Positions 55,677 to 64,000 of a stretch of 64,000 nucleotides of DNA are shown piece by piece; the stretch's first letter is position 1; every line of letters starts with the position of its first letter. The notes under the pieces are model-generated. The model worked only from the letters and a program-made list of their open reading frames with translations, ran no database searches and was not told the origin of the DNA. The DNA is from Afipia sp. Lineage in GTDB: Bacteria > Pseudomonadota > Alphaproteobacteria > Rhizobiales > Xanthobacteraceae. A program made the translations under genes and the position numbers. The stretch spans positions 2,520-66,519 of the forward strand of contig JAUSAX010000122.1 in the NCBI GenBank assembly GCA_030652315.1, in the 5' to 3' direction.

Positions 55677-56873
55677 ATGACCGAGCCTCGATCCGCTTCA
55701 CATCTCCATCAGGCCGCCGTGGTGGGCGGCGGGCCCGCCGGGCTCGCCACGGCCATCGCGCTGGCCCAGGCGGGCGTCGACACCGTCCTGATCGCCCGCC
55801 GTTCGCCCTATGCCGATAACCGGACAACGGCGCTGCTCGGCGGCTCGGTGGACTTCCTCCAATCGCTCGATGTCTGGCAGCGCTGCAGCGCCGACGCGGC
55901 CGCGCTGCGCACGATGCGGCTGGTGGACGACACCCGCCGCCTGATCCGCTCGCCCGAAGTCAAATTCTCGTCCGACGAAATCGGCATGGAAGCGTTCGGC
56001 TACAACATCGAGAACCGCCTCCTGATGATCGCGATGGAAGCGCGCGCCGCCGAATTGCAAAACCTCGTGCGCGTCGATGACGAAGCGGAGTCGGTCGTCA
56101 CCGGCGAGTCATCGGTCGCGATCACCGCGAAGCAAGGCCAGTCGTTTTCAGTTGCCCTCGTCGTCGGCGCCGACGGGCGGCATTCGCTGTGCCGCGAAGC
56201 CGCAGGCATCGGCGTCAAGCGCCGCGACCTCGGCCAGTCGGCGTTGACGCTGAACGTGACGCACACGCGTCCGCACGGAAACTGCTCGACGGAGTTTCAC
56301 ACCGAGTCCGGTCCGTGTGTGTTCGTGCCCCTGCCCGGCGAGCGTTCGAGTATCGTCTGGGTGGTGAAGCCGGATGAGGCAGCACGCTTGAAGGGCCTCG
56401 ACGACGAGGCGCTCGCCCTCGCCGCAGAGCGGCAATCGCATTCGATCCTCGGCAAGCTGACCATCGCACCCGGCCGTCATGTGTTCCCGCTGGCGATTGA
56501 AAACCCCGATCATCTTGCCGCTAAACGCATCGCGCTGGTTGGTGAAGCCGCGCACGTGCTGCCGCCGATCGGCGCGCAGGGTCTCAACATGGGCCTGCGC
56601 GATGCCGCCGATCTGGCGGAGATCGTGCGAGATACATTGCTGATGGGCACCGATCCCGGCGACGACGCCGTTCTGCAACGCTATGCGCGCGCGCGGCGCG
56701 CCGATGTGTTCAGCCGCACCTTCGCGGTGGACATGGCGAACCGCACGCTGCTGAGCGATTTCCTGCCCGCGCAATCGCTCCGCGCCGCCGGCATGCACGT
56801 GCTGAACACCTTCGGCCCGATCCGCCGCCTTGCGATGCGCGAAGGCTTGTCGCCGTCATGGCGCGGCCGATAG
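55677..56873 (+). CDS. UbiH/UbiF/UbiL-family FAD-dependent hydroxylase
   Basis: GGGPAG, GADGRHS and GEAAH...GAQGLNMG motifs. Confidence 0.9.
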   Translation: MTEPRSASHLHQAAVVGGGPAGLATAIALAQAGVDTVLIARRSPYADNRTTALLGGSVDFLQSLDVWQRCSADAAALRTMRLVDDTRRLIRSPEVKFSSDEIGMEAFGYNIENRLLMIAMEARAAELQNLVRVDDEAESVVTGESSVAITAKQGQSFSVALVVGADGRHSLCREAAGIGVKRRDLGQSALTLNVTHTRPHGNCSTEFHTESGPCVFVPLPGERSSIVWVVKPDEAARLKGLDDEALALAAERQSHSILGKLTIAPGRHVFPLAIENPDHLAAKRIALVGEAAHVLPPIGAQGLNMGLRDAADLAEIVRDTLLMGTDPGDDAVLQRYARARRADVFSRTFAVDMANRTLLSDFLPAQSLRAAGMHVLNTFGPIRRLAMREGLSPSWRGR

Positions 56874-56909
56874 AATCTGATCCATGTCCTTTGAAGCACG
56901 ATCCGTCCC

Positions 56910-56978
56910 CGTTCATCCCCGCGAACGCGGGGGTCCACATTTTTGAAGGCTGGATTCCCGCTTTCGCGGGAATGAGCG
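56910..56978. repeat. REP-like family C-related doublet
   Basis: CCCCGCGAACGCGGGG / CTGGATTCCCGCTTTCGCGGGAATGA; the latter 26 nt are identical at 63909. Confidence 0.85.
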
Positions 56979-57010
56979 GGGTCAATTCAGACAAGCCGGG
57001 CTCTCGCTTT

Positions 57011-57085
57011 GTCATTGCGAGGAGCACTTGCGACGAAGCAATCCAGTCCCTGCTGTTCCCAAGACTGGATTGCTTCGCTTCGCTC
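57011..57085. repeat. REP-like family B copy, opposite orientation, truncated
   Basis: GTCATTGCGAG...GAAGCAATCCAG...CTGGATTGCTTCGCTTCGCTCG. Confidence 0.82.
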
Positions 57086-57104
57086 GGGACCGCGGTTACC
57101 GTCC

Positions 57105-57326
57105 CTATCGAACCGGAACCAGATGAACGCGATCAATCGTTCCGCCACTGGCGGCAAAACTTTTCGTAGCTGCGTCAATCAAGGCATCGACCTTGGCGAC
57201 ATTGAAGGCGGGATCGGCAGCATTCAATTCAAGATCGGTTTCGACAACCAGCACTGTCTCCACGCCATCCTTGTCGATTTCAATCGTGGTCCAGATATTC
57301 TTGGCATTGGGATGAGTAATCGTCAT
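57105..57326 (-). CDS. small hypothetical protein
   Basis: 73 aa, GGAG SD, MTITHPNAK. Confidence 0.6.
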   Translation of the reverse strand: MTITHPNAKNIWTTIEIDKDGVETVLVVETDLELNAADPAFNVAKVDALIDAATKSFAASGGTIDRVHLVPVR

Positions 57327-57429
57327 CGGAGTACTCCCTGCGGTCCGCTGGAGCATACCACAACCGCGGCCTGAACACGCCCGGCATCAGCGGGACGCGG
57401 GCCGCCGATGACCCGGGAGGGCTGTCCCC

Positions 57430-58383
57430 TCACGGAAACACGATCACCCCGGTCTTGATCATCCACATCACGCTGGTCAGCGTCACCACCGACACGAACG
57501 TACCGACCAGCACCAGCGTCGATGCCGGTTCGATCCAGGTGTCATACTGGCGCGCGATCACGAACACGTTGAGCGCGGGCGGCAATGACGCCAGCAGCAA
57601 CGCGGTCGCTGCCCATACCGGCGGAAACGGTCCGAGCAGCAGCAGCAGACCGACCACGATCAGCGGGTGCAGGATCAGCTTGACCAGGATGACGCCCGGC
57701 ACCTCCCATGGCACCCGCTCGAACGGGCGCAGCGCCACGGTGACGCCGAGCGCGAACAGCGCGACGGGTGCTGCGGCGCTTTGCAAAAACTGGAACATGT
57801 TGTCCAGCGCAACCGGCACCGGCACATGGAAGGCTGCAACCAGCACACCGAAGTAGGACGCGACGATCAGCGGGTGCAGCAGGATCTGTTTCGCAACGAG
57901 CAAGATCGTCGGCAGCAACGGACGGCGCTCGCCATCGGTCAGCACCATCAACAGCGGCGCGATCGTGAACAGGAAGATGGTGTCGAAACAGAAAATCAGC
58001 GCGACCGGCGCGGTCGCCTTCGCACCCAGCGTCGCCAGCGCAAGCCCCGGCCCCATGTAACCGATGTTGCCGTAGCCGCCGCCGAGGCCCGCCATCGCGG
58101 ACTCTCGGGTCGACAGTTTCGCGATGAACTTCACGCCGAACATCGACAGGAAGAACGCGCTCGCGGTCGCGAGCGTCGTGGCGATCACGAAAGGCGGATT
58201 GTTCAATTCCTCGAGCGGTGTTTTTGCAAGCGTTCTAAAGAACAGCGCCGGCAGCGAGACGTAGAGCAGGAAGAAATTCATCCACTCCAGCCCGGCTTCC
58301 GGCAGCTTTTTGTACTTGCCGCAGGCATAGCCGATGAAGATCAGCCCGAAATACGGCAAAGCAAGATTCAGAATATCGATCAT
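57430..58383 (-). CDS. AEC family (auxin efflux carrier) transporter
   Basis: SLPALFF, GNIGYMG and LPPALNVFV.A..Y motifs; about 10 TM helices. Confidence 0.9.
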   Translation of the reverse strand: MIDILNLALPYFGLIFIGYACGKYKKLPEAGLEWMNFFLLYVSLPALFFRTLAKTPLEELNNPPFVIATTLATASAFFLSMFGVKFIAKLSTRESAMAGLGGGYGNIGYMGPGLALATLGAKATAPVALIFCFDTIFLFTIAPLLMVLTDGERRPLLPTILLVAKQILLHPLIVASYFGVLVAAFHVPVPVALDNMFQFLQSAAAPVALFALGVTVALRPFERVPWEVPGVILVKLILHPLIVVGLLLLLGPFPPVWAATALLLASLPPALNVFVIARQYDTWIEPASTLVLVGTFVSVVTLTSVMWMIKTGVIVFP

Positions 58384-58507
58384 TGGGATACGCTTATTAT
58401 GCCGCGCGGCACCAGAGAACCGACTGCGGCGCAGAGGAGCCTCCCGCATCGCGGATTCATGGCCTAACCCCTAGCATCGGCCACAATCATGGTCTATTCG
58501 ACGGAGG

Positions 58508-58840
58508 ATGATAAAAGCGCGCACCGCCAAATTTCAGATCGGCCAGATCGTCCGCCACCGGATTTTTTCCTTCCGTGGCGTGATCTACGATATTGATCCG
58601 GAATTCAACAACACCGAGGAATGGTGGTTGTCGATTCCTGAGGAAATGCGGCCTCACAAGGATCAACCGTTTTATCACCTGCTGGCCGAGAATTCCGAAT
58701 CCGAATACGTCGCGTACGTTTCGGAACAGAACCTGCTGCCTGATGACTCCGGTGAGCCGATCCGCCACTCGCAGGTCGCCGAGATTTTCGTCAAGGATAA
58801 ATCCGGCAGCTATCGCCCGCGCAATCCGTCGCTGAACTAG
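58508..58840 (+). CDS. hspQ: heat shock protein HspQ
   Basis: AKFQIGQIVRHR, RGVI.D.DPEF and DQPFYHLLAEN motifs. Confidence 0.93.
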   Translation: MIKARTAKFQIGQIVRHRIFSFRGVIYDIDPEFNNTEEWWLSIPEEMRPHKDQPFYHLLAENSESEYVAYVSEQNLLPDDSGEPIRHSQVAEIFVKDKSGSYRPRNPSLN

Positions 58841-58866
58841 CATCCCTAAGTGCGTGATCTCTCGTT

Positions 58867-58954
58867 CGTCATGCCCGGACCTGTTCCGGGCATCCACGCT
58901 GTCTGGATCAACCTAAACAAGACGTGGATGGCCTGGACGAGCCCGGCCATGACG
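58867..58954. repeat. REP-like family A copy
   Basis: CGTCATGCCCGG...CCGGGCATCCAC / GTGGATG...CCCGGCCATGACG. Confidence 0.82.
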
Positions 58955-59011
58955 GTGCTTGAACGAGACGGACTTGCTTCGACCCCGTTCGAGCAAAACG
59001 CGGGCCGCTCT

Positions 59012-59212
59012 CTAGCCCCGCTTGCGCCCGTCCCGCTCCTTCACCAGCGCTTCGAGTTCTTCAGTCTGCTGCGCGATGCGGTCGGCATTGCGCTCCTCGT
59101 TCTGGCCGCCGGACACCGCCGCGGCCTGCTCGATCAGTTGCCGGATGTTGTCCCGCAGGATTGCGATACGGTCTTCGATTTCAGGAAGCGAGAGCGAGCT
59201 GTAGTCGGGCAT
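59012..59212 (-). CDS. small coiled-coil hypothetical protein
   Basis: 66 aa with heptad pattern (IEDRIAILRDNIRQLIEQAA); AGGAG upstream. Confidence 0.7.
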   Translation of the reverse strand: MPDYSSLSLPEIEDRIAILRDNIRQLIEQAAAVSGGQNEERNADRIAQQTEELEALVKERDGRKRG

Positions 59213-59307
59213 GCCATGGTCTCCTGTGACGTGCATCATCTCCGGGCGGTTGATGCTGCCTTACATAGATAAGACCGGCGGTTGATTTATGCTCCCCTCA
59301 ACGCAAA

Positions 59308-59341
59308 CAAAAAGGGCGCGCATTGCTGCGCGCCCTTTTGT
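59308..59341. terminator. bidirectional intrinsic terminator
   Basis: AAAAGGGCGCGCA-TTGC-TGCGCGCCCTTTT. Confidence 0.8.
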
Positions 59342-59360
59342 TTCTCTGCGGAGACCCGCG

Positions 59361-60152
59361 TTACTTCGCGGCGGGATTGGCGGTCGGTGCCGCGTTTTCC
59401 AGCTTCTGGCGGGCTTCCGCCGCGCGCTTCTGAAGCTCTTCCTGCAGTTTCTTCTGCGACTCTTCGAAAACCTTCGGATCGGTCGGCGGACCGTCATAGG
59501 CCTTGGCAAATTCGGCGAGCGGAAGCGCCAGCGTCAGCGGCGCACCGTTGGCATTGATCGCCTGCACGACGAGGTTCTGGCCCTTCTTCATCTGGCCCAG
59601 CATGTCGGGGGTCACTTCGTAGTCCGACATACAGCCGTTGGCGAAGCAGATCACGTAAGGGCTCTGCAGCGGCGCGTTGGCGTCGACGATGATGCGGGTG
59701 CCGTGAACGAGCTGCATGCCGAGCGGCAGGGTGACGCGAAGAAGCTTCTTCGGCTCGCCTTCCGGTTCGATGATAACGGCGGCGACGACGGGCTGGCCGG
59801 ATTCAATGCGGCCGTCCTTGCCGGTGAAGCAGACCTGCTTGGCGTTGGCGTCCTGGCCCTTCATACAGAACTTGGTCCAGGGCTGATAGATCAGCTGGAC
59901 CTGCTGGTCGGCCGGAGCCTGCTGCGGAGCGCCTGCGGCCGGAGCCTGGGCGGCAGCCGGCGCTTTCGGCGCAGCCTTCGGAGCAGCCTTGGGAGCGGGA
60001 GCAGCCTTCGGCGCCGGAGCGCCAGGAGCTGGTGCGGGGGCCTGCGCATGTGCGCCGGAAACGGCCGCTGCAGCCAAAAAAGCGCCAGCGGTCAAAGCGG
60101 CGACCATCCGGCCGCGCGGCGAGGCCTGCGCGGCCAAGACACGGAAATTCAT
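59361..60152 (-). CDS. ialB: invasion-associated locus B (IalB) family protein
   Basis: Signal peptide and Pro/Ala-rich linker; W.K.C, LPLG..L..G and C..NGC motifs. Confidence 0.85.
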   Translation of the reverse strand: MNFRVLAAQASPRGRMVAALTAGAFLAAAAVSGAHAQAPAPAPGAPAPKAAPAPKAAPKAAPKAPAAAQAPAAGAPQQAPADQQVQLIYQPWTKFCMKGQDANAKQVCFTGKDGRIESGQPVVAAVIIEPEGEPKKLLRVTLPLGMQLVHGTRIIVDANAPLQSPYVICFANGCMSDYEVTPDMLGQMKKGQNLVVQAINANGAPLTLALPLAEFAKAYDGPPTDPKVFEESQKKLQEELQKRAAEARQKLENAAPTANPAAK

Positions 60153-60364
60153 TGTGGAAAACCCTTTCTGAACCTTAACGCCCGCTCCCGCTTGGGGGCG
60201 CGGATGCCTGTTTGTTCGGCGGCTGTCTCTGAGCCAATTGAGGCGGATACGTGACAGTCCGCGCAGCCTTCCTCGAATAGCCCGCCTTCAATACAACGGC
60301 AGATGAAAAGATCAATGCCAACAGTGATATTTGCGGGTCGCAACCCGCAATATCGGGTCTCAAC

Positions 60365-62275
60365 GTGGTAAATTTTGGCGTGAAGTCCGCCGAATCAAAC
60401 GCCGTACCACGCTCGTTGCGCCACAACGGCAGAACCGTTGTGTGGAAACTTTGTTGCGCGGGTCTGGTCTGGTCCGGCCTCGGAGCATTGCCCGCCGCGG
60501 CTCAGCCGTCGCCCGTTCCAACCCCCGTCCAATCTCATGGCATCGCCATGCACGGCGCACCGGCGCTCCCTGCGGGGTTCGCCCATATGCCGTACGTCAA
60601 TCCTGACGCGCCCAAGGGCGGCCGGATCATCTTTGGGCTGCTGGGGACCTTCGACAGCCTCAATCCCTTCATCGTCAGGGGCCTCGCGGTCCAGCACATC
60701 CGCGGCTACGTGGTCGAGAGCCTGCTGGCGCGCGGCAACGACGAGCCGTTCTCGCTCTACGGCCTGCTGGCGCAAACCGTCGAAACCGACAGCGCCCGAA
60801 CCTATGTGACGTTCCGGCTCAATCCGCTGGCGACATTCTCCGACGGTAAGCCGGTGTTGGCGGAAGACGTTCTGTTTTCATGGCAGCTGATGCGCGACAG
60901 GGGCCGGCCCAATCACCGGCTGTATTACGCCAAGGTCGAAAAAGCCGAGGCGCTGGACGACCGCACGGTGCGGTTCGATTTCAGCGGGGCCAATGACCGC
61001 GAACTGCCGCTCATCCTCGGCCTGATGCCGATCTTCCCGAAACACGCGGTTGATGTCGCGACCTTCGAGGATACCTCCCTCACCGGCCCCATCGGCTCCG
61101 GCCCCTACCGGGTCACCGGCGTGCGCGCGGGCCAGAGCGTGACACTGACGCGCAATCCCGACTACTGGGGCCGCGACCTGCCGGTGAACCGCGGCCAGTG
61201 GAACTTCGATGAGGTGCGGCTGGACTACTATCGCGAAGCCAACGGCGCGTTCGAAGCGTTCAAACGCGGCCTCTACGACTTCCGCGCCGAGAACGAACCG
61301 CTACGCTGGCACGAGGGTTACGACTTCGCGGCCGCACGCAGCGGCGAGGTGATCCGCGACGAAATCAAACCCGGCACGCCGCAGCCGTCGGAGTATCTGG
61401 TGTTCAACACGCGCCGCCCTGTGTTCGCGGATATCCGCGTGCGGCAGGCGCTAACGCTGTTGTTCGACTTCGAATGGATCAACCGCAATTACTTCTTTGA
61501 CCTGTACGGGCGATCGGCGGGTTTCTTCGCAGGTTCCGATCTGTCCGCCTACACCCGCCCGGCCGATGCGCGCGAAAAGACGCTGCTCGCCCCCTACACG
61601 GCGAGCATCCGTCCCGACATCGTGGACGGCAGCTATCGCCTGCCGGTCACCGATGCGTCGGGCCGCGACCGCGTCTCGCTGCGCGCCGCCCTCGCGCTGC
61701 TGGAACAGGCCGGATACCAGCTCGACGGTGTGGCGCTGCGGCAGAAAGCCACCCGGGCGCCGCTGGCTTTTGAGATTCTGGTCACCACGCGCGATCAGGA
61801 ACGCATCGCGCTGGCCTATCAGCGTGATCTCAAGCGCGCCGGAATCACCGCAACGGTGCGCGCGGTGGATGGGGTGCAGTTCGACCAGCGCAGGCTCTCC
61901 TTCGAGTTCGATATGATCCAGAATCGCTGGGACCAGTCGCTGTCGCCGGGCAACGAACAGGCCTTCTATTGGGGCAGCGCCGCCGCCGACAACCAAGGCA
62001 CCCGCAACTACATGGGTGCAAAGTCCCCGGCCGTTGACGCGATGATCGCCGCACTTCTCGAGGCAAAAGAGCGGACCGACTTTGTTCCCGCCGTGCGTGC
62101 GCTCGACCGGGCGCTGATGGCGGGCTTCTACGCAATCCCGATTTATAATGCGCGGCAGCAATGGATCGCACGATGGAATCGGATAGAACGGCCTAAGGCC
62201 ACCGCGCTCACCGGCTACCTGCCGGAAACGTGGTGGCACAAGCCAGGCGCGAAACCGCCATCAGCGAAGCCGTGA
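60365..62275 (+). CDS. ABC oligopeptide-type substrate-binding protein (family 5, YejA-like)
   Basis: HGIAMHG.P, YVNPDAPKGG, FDSLNPFI and FSDG.PV.AEDV.FS motifs. Start uncertain; the GTG at 60440 is plausible. Confidence 0.88.
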   Translation: MVNFGVKSAESNAVPRSLRHNGRTVVWKLCCAGLVWSGLGALPAAAQPSPVPTPVQSHGIAMHGAPALPAGFAHMPYVNPDAPKGGRIIFGLLGTFDSLNPFIVRGLAVQHIRGYVVESLLARGNDEPFSLYGLLAQTVETDSARTYVTFRLNPLATFSDGKPVLAEDVLFSWQLMRDRGRPNHRLYYAKVEKAEALDDRTVRFDFSGANDRELPLILGLMPIFPKHAVDVATFEDTSLTGPIGSGPYRVTGVRAGQSVTLTRNPDYWGRDLPVNRGQWNFDEVRLDYYREANGAFEAFKRGLYDFRAENEPLRWHEGYDFAAARSGEVIRDEIKPGTPQPSEYLVFNTRRPVFADIRVRQALTLLFDFEWINRNYFFDLYGRSAGFFAGSDLSAYTRPADAREKTLLAPYTASIRPDIVDGSYRLPVTDASGRDRVSLRAALALLEQAGYQLDGVALRQKATRAPLAFEILVTTRDQERIALAYQRDLKRAGITATVRAVDGVQFDQRRLSFEFDMIQNRWDQSLSPGNEQAFYWGSAAADNQGTRNYMGAKSPAVDAMIAALLEAKERTDFVPAVRALDRALMAGFYAIPIYNARQQWIARWNRIERPKATALTGYLPETWWHKPGAKPPSAKP

Positions 62276-62296
62276 TGACAGTAACGCCGTGACCAT

Positions 62297-63832
62297 GTGA
62301 GCGAGACCTTGCAGACCGCGCCATCCTCAGCAGCGACATCATCCGGCACGGCGCTGACGCTCGACGATCTGTTTCGCCGCACCGTGTTGCGCCAGCCCGA
62401 TGCCGTCGCGCTGATCGATCCACCGAACAAGCAGCGCATCACCGGCGATGCGCCCCGGCAACTGACCTTCGCGCAGGCCGACCACGCCATCTCAGGCGTT
62501 GCCGCGCGTTTCGTCGAAGCCGGACTGCCGTCGGGCTCGATCATCGCCGTGCAGATGCCGAACACCATCGAGTTCGTGGTGACGGTGATGGCTGCGCTGC
62601 GCGCCGGTCTGGTGGTGGCGCTGCTGCCGCAACTCTGGCGGCAATCCGAATTGACCATTGCGCTCAACCGCATCGGCGCGCGAGCGATTGCCGGCGTCAG
62701 CCGCATCGAGATCGTCGATCACGGCGAGCTCGCGCTCCACGCGGCGGCGGAAGCGTTTTCCATCAGGCAGGTTTTCGGGTTCGGCAACGATCTGCCCGAA
62801 GGCATGACGCCGCTGGAAATCACCACAAGCGGCATGAACGGCTGGCTGTCGCCCACTCTGCCGGATGCGCGCAGACCCGCGATCATTTCATTCGACGTCA
62901 CGCCGGACGGTTTCCGCGCGATCCCGCGCAACCATCTTCAGCTGATCTCGGGCGGCCTTGCGGTTTTTCTTGAAGCCGGACTGCCGCAGGGTGCACGCCT
63001 GCTGTCGTCAATTGCACCGGCCTCGTTCGCGGGTTTCGCATCGACGGTGGTGACATGGCTGCTGAGCGGTGGATCGCTGGCGCTGCATCATCCGGCCGAC
63101 CTGCAGATTCTTGAGCAGCAGATCGTCGATGACCGTCACGACACGCTGATCGTGCCCGGTCCGCTGGCGATCCGGCTGGCCGAGAGCGGCACGCTCGCGC
63201 GCCCGCAAGTTGCGATCCGGCACGTCATCGGGCTGTGGCGCACGCCGGATCGCGTCACCGCGAGCAACGACTGGCAGGACACCGGCACGACGCTGACCGA
63301 CATCTATCTGTTCGGCGAGATCGGACTGTTCGGCGCGCGGCGCCTCGCGGACGGCTCCGCCGCACCAATTACGCCGGGCGCATTCGGTGCACCGCGCGGT
63401 GCGGCAAGCTCGAAGACCATCGGCGAGATCATCGTGACGCCGAAAGCCACGCTCGCGCTGCGCGGCGCGATGGTGCCGGTCGCGGCCTATCGCATCTCGT
63501 CCGAGGACTCTCTCACCGAAACACCCGTTTTCGATTACGTCGATACGGGTTACGCCGCGCATGTCGATCGCGCCACGGGCGCCATCGGCATCACCGCGCC
63601 GCCTGTCGGGATCGTCGGCGTCGGCGGCTATCGTTTCCTGTCGCAGGATCTCGATGCATGGGCGAAACGGCTGACCGCCGGCGCCATGCTGACCGCGTTG
63701 CCGGATCAACTCAACGGCTTCCGCCTCGCCGGACGCACCGGCGACAACAGCCGCGCCCGCGAAGCGTTGGGCGAGTTGGGACTTAATCCATTGATGGTCG
63801 AAGCGTTTCGCGACCGATCCAGCGGAACCTGA
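62297..63832 (+). CDS. class I adenylate-forming enzyme-like protein, degenerate active site
   Basis: ANL N-terminal fold cues (LTFAQAD, IAVQMPNTIEF). The P-loop, TGD and terminal Lys motifs are missing. Confidence 0.7.
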   Translation: MSETLQTAPSSAATSSGTALTLDDLFRRTVLRQPDAVALIDPPNKQRITGDAPRQLTFAQADHAISGVAARFVEAGLPSGSIIAVQMPNTIEFVVTVMAALRAGLVVALLPQLWRQSELTIALNRIGARAIAGVSRIEIVDHGELALHAAAEAFSIRQVFGFGNDLPEGMTPLEITTSGMNGWLSPTLPDARRPAIISFDVTPDGFRAIPRNHLQLISGGLAVFLEAGLPQGARLLSSIAPASFAGFASTVVTWLLSGGSLALHHPADLQILEQQIVDDRHDTLIVPGPLAIRLAESGTLARPQVAIRHVIGLWRTPDRVTASNDWQDTGTTLTDIYLFGEIGLFGARRLADGSAAPITPGAFGAPRGAASSKTIGEIIVTPKATLALRGAMVPVAAYRISSEDSLTETPVFDYVDTGYAAHVDRATGAIGITAPPVGIVGVGGYRFLSQDLDAWAKRLTAGAMLTALPDQLNGFRLAGRTGDNSRAREALGELGLNPLMVEAFRDRSSGT

Positions 63833-63879
63833 GGAGATACGAATCCGATCCGTGTGTATTGGATCAGATTCCATCGCCG

Positions 63880-63934
63880 CTCGTCCCCGCGAACGCGGGG
63901 ACCCAGCGCTGGATTCCCGCTTTCGCGGGAATGA
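63880..63934. repeat. REP-like family C-related doublet
   Basis: CGTCCCCGCGAACGCGGGGACCCAG / CTGGATTCCCGCTTTCGCGGGAATGA. Confidence 0.85.
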
Positions 63935-64000
63935 ATGGAGAGAACGTGTTTCAATTCAGCGGAACCTGAACCCCGTCATTTCATCGATTGCATTGACCTG

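Noticed and set aside
59920-59945. APAAGAP in IalB as a second BTLCP cleavage site
   Set aside because: Lies in a low-complexity Pro/Ala linker where the motif is expected by chance; kept only as a caution for the adhesin motif
59289-60254. 321-aa plus-strand ORF
   Set aside because: Antisense shadow of ialB

Overview
Gene content, GC-rich codon usage and repeat families point to the chromosome of a Nitrobacteraceae (Bradyrhizobiaceae)-like alphaproteobacterium (inference). Left to right: a DapA-like protein with substituted catalytic residues, an acyl-CoA synthetase, and the conserved rlpA-dac-tmk-holB-metG-tatD-phnP cluster. MetG carries a 141-aa histone-H1-like Lys/Ala N-terminal extension. 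Then come an Omp25-type porin, tRNA-Ser(UGA), and a patch of small accessory genes. That patch holds an unannotated mini transcription unit (promoter, perfect SD, 14-codon ORF, terminator) and a tRNA-Ser-like gene lacking its anticodon loop. A 14-kb locus follows that joins a VCBS-repeat type I secretion substrate, its ABC/MFP exporter and a LapG-like BTLCP protease to a CHASE2 adenylate cyclase, a metallo-beta-lactamase-fold hydrolase (candidate phosphodiesterase) and a membrane cNMP receptor. This is the best candidate for an undescribed system: a Lap-like adhesin system wired to cAMP, with no LapD in the window. The rest is pxpBCA, a full nitrate-assimilation cluster (nasTS, ABC transporter, FAD reductase, nirA, CysJ-like partner, small ORF, nasA) with an ANTAR attenuator, and housekeeping genes (rimO, qor, terC, pcs, ubi hydroxylase, hspQ, ialB, peptide SBP, degenerate adenylate-forming protein). 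Intergenic gaps carry several palindromic repeat families. No CRISPR array, integrase, transposase or rRNA was seen. All family assignments come from motif recognition by eye, with no database searches.
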